A stretch of 64,000 bases of DNA, from positions 40,920,001 through 40,984,000 of the forward strand of contig OZ024751.1 of NCBI GenBank assembly GCA_964016885.1, given 5' to 3'. This stretch comes from Eledone cirrhosa (lineage: Eukaryota). The notes under the pieces were generated by a model. It saw nothing but the letters and a program-made list of their open reading frames with translations. It was not told where the DNA came from and did no database searches. The position numbers and the translations under genes were made by a program. Positions 55,750 through 64,000 of the stretch are shown here, one piece after another (positions within the stretch are counted from its first letter, which is position 1; each line of letters starts with the position of its first letter).

Positions 55750-55782
<33 letters not shown>

Positions 55783-56104
55783 TTTATTGAAAACACTGTA
55801 TTAAATCACATAAAAGTGCAATTGAATCAAAAATTCTATACGAACAAACAAGTAGCAGAGAATAAATAAATAAATAATTGACAGCAATATTTAGTATATG
55901 AAAATGAAGTCGTGGCTGACCGAATCAGTGGCGTGACGAATTAATTGTAGATGTTCGCAGTACTGTATTATATTCCAACAAAAGATGTACATCTGAACCT
56001 TATATAAAACGCATGTCTCATTCATATGTATTGGGTTGTAGCATAAACTCCCGCCGTCTTTTATTAAGAAGTTTTATAACAACGGCGGGAATTGTTACAA
56101 TCCA

Positions 56105-56136
<32 letters not shown>

Positions 56137-56137
56137 C

Positions 56138-56232
<95 letters not shown>

Positions 56233-56786
56233 GTGTGTGAGTAAGTATCTACATATATAGAGGCAACTGGAGGATGTTTTCTTCTCACTCTGCGCAACGC
56301 AAGATCCTTTCTTTCTTCTTTCTACATCGTTATCACCCATCCTAGATGTCGTCTGTATGTGTCATTTATCTAACGGCAGGGAAACCGATCACAATATCGC
56401 TACCCGACATTATATCCATGTTTTCTTTCATCGGATTGTCTTTGTTCTTCCCTGAGGTATTAAAAACAAAATGTCGATTATATTCTATGTCTTGTCTGGT
56501 CTTTACTGTACGTGATACATCCTCAGGTATTTAAACACTAATTGCTTCGGTTGTTTGTCGTCTGTTTCTTCGTCTGTTTTTTGTTTTGTCTGACAATTAT
56601 ACTAAAACATACTAAAACAATTCCTCCAAGCGTGAAACCTATTATGATTTTGTAATTTTGCAACCCTGTGTTAATTTTTTTTTTTTTTCCACACTTACGC
56701 GGCCCACCTGCCATTGAAACCTGGATAACTACTCGGAATACGGATTACCAAGGATTAACCAGCCTACTGATTGTCGGACTTTGAAC

Positions 56787-56849
<63 letters not shown>

Positions 56850-56852
<3 letters not shown>

Positions 56853-57226
56853 TTTAGGTTTGTTGGTTCACCACTGGATAGAACTGGTCATTCCGTATAG
56901 TCAACCTTGATGTAATATTAGGGAGAGCACTCGACGTAATGTAACTCACCCGTTTTCGTTTGTGTTGTTGTTGGTGGTGCGAGTACGGAGTTAATTATTA
57001 TAAAATAACAGGAGGTTGGACTGGTTTAATTCCTTAAAGGTTTATTATACTATGAACATTTCAATGACCGGGTTCTGTATGAATCCGTTGACATCATCAG
57101 GTATTCGGAAATTTATCCAACAAAGGAATATAATAATTGACACAATCCAAGGGGCTTGGATTGTGTTGTTCATAGTATAATAAACCTTTAAGGAATTAAA
57201 CCAGTCCAATCTCCTGTTATTTTATA

Positions 57227-57229
<3 letters not shown>
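56850..57229. mobile_element. Hammerhead-bearing fold-back element 4 in (TA)n
   Basis: 63-bp inverted arms 56996-57058 and 57167-57229; internal hairpin ACACAATCCAAG..CTTGGATTGTGT; tail hairpin 56925-56991. Confidence 0.8.
57047..57104 (-). ncRNA. Degenerate type I hammerhead ribozyme
   Basis: minus ATAC-CTGATGA-[..CGGATTC-ataca-GAACCCG..]-GAAA-TGTTCA-TA-GTAT; base of stem II is mismatched. Confidence 0.55.
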
Positions 57230-57264
<35 letters not shown>

Positions 57265-57864
57265 GCATACATACATATATGTATATATTAAACATTTGAA
57301 ATAATCATATATTGAATTCTAACAGCAAATATAGTTTCTTCGACCATCAGCCAATGATACACAGCTAAGAACTAAATTTGTTCTTACCTAACTCAATATA
57401 GCTTTCTGTTTAGCTAAAATAAATACATCTTTTCTATCTCCTTTATATTTATATTCACCAGGTTCGAATAATTATGGGTAAACAACATAAAATAATAAAC
57501 AAACTTTCCCGAAAACACACGATATCGAATAAATATGAAAATTTAGGATATTTTAGTCGTAGTTAATGGAATATTTCATATTACACAAGCAAAATAACTT
57601 CCTGGAAGCGGAAATATTCGAATATTTTTGAGGCTACTAAAAATAAGAACTGATATATTCAGAATTTACAGCAAAACAACAGTAAAATAAAATATACATT
57701 CATTCGTTTGTAATAATTCTAAATGTTGTAAGAGCTACTCATAATAATTGCATTTCCTTTTCCACAACAATAAACGTTTATTTTTCTTCTATATTTCAAT
57801 TATTTCTCTACATTTTATGGTCTATTTGCTAAAATATGGAGGAATAACAATAGCCAAGTAGAAA

Positions 57865-58190
57865 ACAATAATAATAATAATAATTGTTTCTACTTTAGGC
57901 ACAAGGCCAGCAATTATCCCAGTGTATTACTGGTACTTTATTTTATCGACCCCGTAAGGATGAAAGGCAAAGTTAACCTCGGCGGGAAACAATAATAATA
58001 ATAATTGTTTCTACATTAGGCACAAGGCCAGCAATTTGAAGGGGTGGGGAAAGTCAATTAAATCGGCCCCAATGCATTACTGGTACTTTATTTAGCGACC
58101 CCGTAAGGATGAAAGGCAAAGCTAACCTTGGCTTCATTTGAACTCAGAACGCAAAGGGCTGTAACTCTATGCCGCGAAGCATGGTGTCTT
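57865..58190 (-). mobile_element. Two SINE A copies (first truncated)
   Basis: family A body twice. Confidence 0.85.
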
Positions 58191-59680
58191 GAGGTATCTC
58201 ATTACACGTTCAAATACTTCAGCTTGTGATCTTGTTATCTTTAGCAGGGATTTCTGTGCTGCACCAGTTTTTTCATCCATTTCTTCCCCAACCTATTCAC
58301 TGGTTTGTTTATCCTACCATTTTACCATAACCGCCCTAATTAAAGAATTAAATAAAGGAAATTAATTCAAATGACCAATGATATGAATTTCCATAAATAA
58401 ACCTTCGTCTTTAGTTAACAATATCTTTTATATTATTTCAATGAATCTCTTGGCTGTTGTTTTGTTTATTCAAGGTCAATGTATGTTAAAAATAAAATTA
58501 AATCATCGCCATTTGTATTTTCTACCGATGTGTCACAAGGACGATTCGTCCTTTCTCGTGACCAGATGTCAGCCAAGTTGTCAACAGAGCTACCGTCTTG
58601 TCATGTTGACGAATGACTGTTCTCGCGAGCAGGCGATGTTGGGCAAGCTGCCAACGGAAATACAGTTCTATAATGGTGATAAATGGTGGAATTATCTTAT
58701 CTGGAAGTGTATTATCTGCTGTAAATGCTTGACCAAAAATATTCATATGTTTTTGACACGATTCTTTTCTTTGCTAATATAGGAAATGACATGAAGAAAA
58801 TATTCAAGCTGTGTTGTGCCACTACTTGAAAAAAAAAAAAAAAAAAAAAAAGAACGAAAAAGAAAAATGTTGGCTGAACGGGAAAATATTGAATATCCGT
58901 TGTCAGTACCAGCCTCGCAGACGTTTATTTCTACATGTAGAATAAGGTGGGGGGAAAAAAGGATAAAAGGATATATACAGTTGATTTATATAGTCGGTAT
59001 TGTTCATTACCTTTGCTAAGTCAACTTACAACTGACATTAAATTTTCACGAAATCTATCTTCTATATGCAGGCGAATGTTTAATCTAAAGGAAACTGATG
59101 TGTGATGTTAGTGGAGTGTCAGGTGTTACTATTTACCAAGAGAAAATATAATGAACATTTGCTTTCAGCTGACATACAAACATTACACGAAGTCACTGGT
59201 TAACCTCTGGGGCTTTTTTTGAAATGAAACCGACCACAGATGAATTCATATCAAAAGAAAACTTTACTTGTTCATCTTGGGAAAAATTTTCAATCTTATA
59301 TGACAGACTCACATGATTACAAATAACACCGAAGAAGGAAAAAAATGCTGAACAACACTAGTATTATAAAGACATACACTTACATTGCTGAGTTAAAGAA
59401 GTGTATTTTAAAGTTCAGATATTAAATTTGTATTGTTCCTCTGTGATTTCAGTTGATAAAACATCAATACAAATCAATTTGATATAATCATGTTCAAATT
59501 AAATTTACAGACAATAATTCTATTACAATGTGATTTTCTTTCTGATGCTAGAAAACTGAAAAATTTGATGGGTAAAATGTAACAAAAACATGATCCACTC
59601 ACTTCTTACTGAAGTGAGTATATCATATAGTTGTATATATATAATATATAACTATATATATATACTATATAACTATATAT

Positions 59681-59870
59681 ATAATTGTTTCTACTTTTGG
59701 AACAAGGCCAGCAATTATTCCAGTGTATTACTGGTACTTTATTTTATCGACCCCGTAAGGATGAAAGGCAAAGTTAACCTCGGCGGGATTTGAACTCAGA
59801 CCATAAAGGGCCGTAACTCTTTGCTGCAAAGCATGGCGTCCGACCCTCTACCGATACTGCCAATCCACCA
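59681..59870 (-). mobile_element. SINE A, near consensus, inside a TA-rich tract
   Basis: complete family A sequence. Confidence 0.9.
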
Positions 59871-60563
59871 ATTAACATATATATAATATAAACTATATAT
59901 ATACTATATATAATTTATAACTATATATATAATATATAGTTATATATATTATATATATAATATATAACTATATATAATATATAATTATATATATATACTA
60001 TATAGTTATATATATATAACTATATATATAATATATCGTTGTTGGTATTTATATATAATTATATATAAAATATATAGGTGTAGATATTATATAAGAATAG
60101 ATATAACATAGTTGTTAATGCAACATATGGTTAAAATTCTAGTATAATAATAGACATACAGTGATATATAGTCGTTGACAATATAGTATAGGGTATATAT
60201 ACATTTATAGTTGTTTATATAATATAGTATAAGAATACATATATACTTGTTTATGTAATATAGTATAAGAATAGATATATACTTGTTTATATAATATAGT
60301 GACCTAATTTCGAGTTTGGGCATCTTTCATTTCAATTCATTTCACTAATGCCCTTGAGAACATCACACCAACCTTTTTTACTTTCTTCCATTAAACAAAG
60401 ACCCCTTTGCTACATGAGAAATCCCTTAAGGAATAATTACAACCAGACATACATTTTAATCGGACAAGTTAAAGTGCCAACCAAACTGTAAATCTACGAC
60501 AATATTTCTGTGAACACTGTCATTCATCCGATCTGGCGAATGTCATGGTAGATATATCATTCA

Positions 60564-60752
60564 CAGTGTCGGATTTAGGACAAATGAGGCCTTGTGTTAG
60601 TTAAGTTATGAGGCCCATTACTTGGGCCCTGGATTAAAAAATTCATCGTAAAAAACGGTTTTTTTTTGGGGGGGGGCAGTAAGATGGGCGCCACCTAGCC
60701 GACAAGGCTCTGTGTTTAAGTACACCTAAGCACAATGGTAAATTCAGCACTG
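60564..60752. mobile_element. hAT-type MITE (189 bp)
   Basis: TIRs CAGTGTCGGATTTA and TAAATTCAGCACTG; 8-bp flanks ATCATTCA (60556-60563) and GTCATTCA (60753-60760). Confidence 0.8.
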
Positions 60753-61039
60753 GTCATTCAGTAGAGGAACTCTCAGAAGTCAATGGTGGATGATAAACAC
60801 AATGTTGAGCGGAAGAACTATAAGAGTAGCCAACAGTGAAGATGTTCAAGTTCAGTTAGCGAACAACTAACTACATTTGTAGTGGTGACGTTAGTAACTT
60901 ACTGGAGTTACCAGTAAGACTATGTTCAGTTGACTACTCGATATCTGGGGAGGTAAGGTAGAGTGTGTGAATCGCAAATAGGGCCCTAACTATTTACAAT
61001 ATATTATATTACGTAACTGTCTTTATCCCATTGCAGAAA

Positions 61040-61519
<480 letters not shown>

Positions 61520-62150
61520 GTATATATGCCTGATGTCTGTCTGTTCGTCTCTCTACCTATCTATCAATCAATCAGTCAATTCATCTATCTATCTATCTGT
61601 CTATCTGTCTGTTTGGCTGTTTGTCAGTCTGTCCCTCTATCTATTTACATAACCACATATCTACATACACAAGAAGTAAGACCAATAATACAGGTGAAAC
61701 ACAAACCCCCTTATTTCAAACCAAACAATACGATTGTAAGAAACTCAATGGAGAATTTACAATTTCTTTTATAATGTAATGCCCAAAGACATTTCTTTGA
61801 ACTATATATTGTTCAGTCAGTTCTAAAGAACTTTGTGTTATTGCATTCCGAAGATAGATTATAAGTACGTAACGAACTTACCAAAAGTTCCCCAGGCGGA
61901 AGATGAAGAGAAGAAAGTCAACGAGAGAAATTCAACATAGTCTGTTGTCTTCTTTACTATTGTATTTTAATAGAAAGTCAGTATAAGGATTTACGCCCAG
62001 TGCTCACGATATAGCTGATGCTGTTTATATTGTAGTGGAAAACACTTTTGTAATATACTACAGCATATTATTACATTGTTAATTATACCCTGGAAACAGA
62101 CATTGCACATGCAGTAGTTGTTTACTAGACCAAAGCATGTCGATCTGGCG

Positions 62151-62186
<36 letters not shown>

Positions 62187-62242
62187 TATGAAGAGAGAAG
62201 AAACATTTAGATATAATTAGTAATAAATTAGTAAATAATTAG

Positions 62243-62283
<41 letters not shown>

Positions 62284-62326
62284 TACATACTCACACATAA
62301 TATATATATATACATACTCATAGATA

Positions 62327-62388
<62 letters not shown>

Positions 62389-62458
62389 TATAATATATAT
62401 ATATATTATGTGTGAGTATGTATATATATATTATATATATATTCATACATACTCACAC

Positions 62459-62519
<61 letters not shown>

Positions 62520-62799
62520 GCTGGGGAGATATTTAAAGTTTTCTGTTTTCAATTATTTTGTTCTTCATGAAGTTATCTCTTTCGTTACCATATTTTAATA
62601 AGATTCACCAAATAAACAAGATTTTTTCATTTAGAGAAATTTAGAAAAATAATTAACTTTTTTACATGGAACATAACTTAACAAAGAGTTCATACATAAA
62701 ACTGTAATATATTGTTTTAATGGTATGAAGAACACTTTAAAACGGGTATTTCGTTTTATTGACTTAGAGACAACAGTTGGATTATTAAAGCAACAGAGA

Positions 62800-63125
62800 G
62801 GACACCAAAACAGTGAAGAACTGAGGGGCGGCCACAGGCAGGATGTTGCGATGATCTGACCCAAGACTTTAACCCCCACATGGCACAATATCGCCAAAGA
62901 TAGGAAGGGTTAGGGGTTCCTCCGGCAGAAGTGAAAAGGTCCTGGATTTGGGTAAAACTAGCAACGTGAAGAACAGAAGGGCAGCCAAAGGTAAGATATC
63001 ACGACGATCTGATCCGATACCTCGGCCTCTACATGACCCAGTAGGGTCAGAGATAGGACGCAATGGAAGTCAACAAGTGTTGAGGGTTCCTCCAGCAAGA
63101 GTGAAAAGGCCCTAGAATTGGATTA
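62800..63125. repeat. Diverged ~155-170-bp direct duplication, GC-richer
   Basis: GTGAAGAAC.GA.GGGC.GCCA.AGG at ~62813 and 62966; GGGTTCCTCC.GCA..AGTGAAAAGG at ~62914 and 63084. Confidence 0.7.
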
Positions 63126-63573
63126 AGGTAAACTCAGCGGCCGTTTCAGTTACGTTGGTATGGAACGAGTTAAAGTGCCTTTTAGACTGGAGATGTGTAT
63201 GAAATGTATTTAGCAACACAATTCATGTTGGATATGTTGACAATATTCAGGATTATTGAATTTTTCTTCATAGACAGAAATGGAAACAAGTATTGAACAG
63301 TTTTAAAGAAAATTAATATAAGCAATTCAGAACTGATAAACACACATTCTTTGAGATTTTGTATGTTTTCTCCGCTGTTTTTTCTTCGGATTTATCTTCT
63401 TTCTTTTCTTTTATTTTTTTTTATTTTTGCATTAATTCTTTCTTTTTCGTTTTCATTTTCTTCTAAAATGTGCTGCGTATTCATACAGACGTAAAGAGAA
63501 GCAAACACGTATAGAGATACATCCATCCAATATATATATATACGTACGTACGTACGGCACACACATATATACA

Positions 63574-63628
<55 letters not shown>

Positions 63629-64000
63629 AGAGAGAGAGTCAGCAGAATATTCACACAGTTACATAAGATGAACTGACAGCTGCATCTTTACCTCATCAGC
63701 CACCTTGTATGAGTGTGCTTTCGTGCATTAAGGTGGTATTGCACTTGTGATGCCAGTTTATGAGGTTATCTCCAGAATGGAGATATGGTCTGAGTATTTT
63801 CCACAGAATGGACTCTAGTAAAGATGTATCGAATTGTCCATGGGCCAAGTGGTGGTATTGCTGCACCAGAACTGGTTAAAAGCAGTCTCCAGTCTCCCTC
63901 GAAACCATACTCCACTACCTCCTCACCAAAAAACAACATCTACATATTTGATTATGTAGTCCTTCATACAACGTCTAAAATCTGTCTCGATCCCGGTGGC

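Noticed and set aside
58441-58782. 113-aa non-repetitive ORF
   Set aside because: No recognisable domain or splice context; compatible with chance

Overview
AT-rich, non-coding eukaryotic DNA dominated by microsatellites, minisatellites/satellites and short interspersed repeats. The repeat repertoire looks like an octopus/cephalopod genome (inference from remembered SINE consensuses, not verified). No host protein-coding gene is supportable; nearly all listed ORFs are simple-repeat artefacts. Recognisable transposon debris includes two tRNA-derived SINE families, an RTE-like non-autonomous family, CRE-like endonuclease fragments, a Penelope-like (PLE) RT fragment, and hAT- and mariner-like MITEs. 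The most interesting signal is a set of sequence-unrelated short elements sitting in (TA)n tracts that share one architecture: a long fold-back inverted repeat, a minimal type I hammerhead ribozyme in four of them, and a one-sided tail carrying a covarying hairpin ACTC-stem-loop-stem-TN-GAGT(G/A)CT (seven instances). One element has a matching empty site elsewhere in the window, which supports mobility. All coordinates and folds were read by eye and may be off by a few bases.
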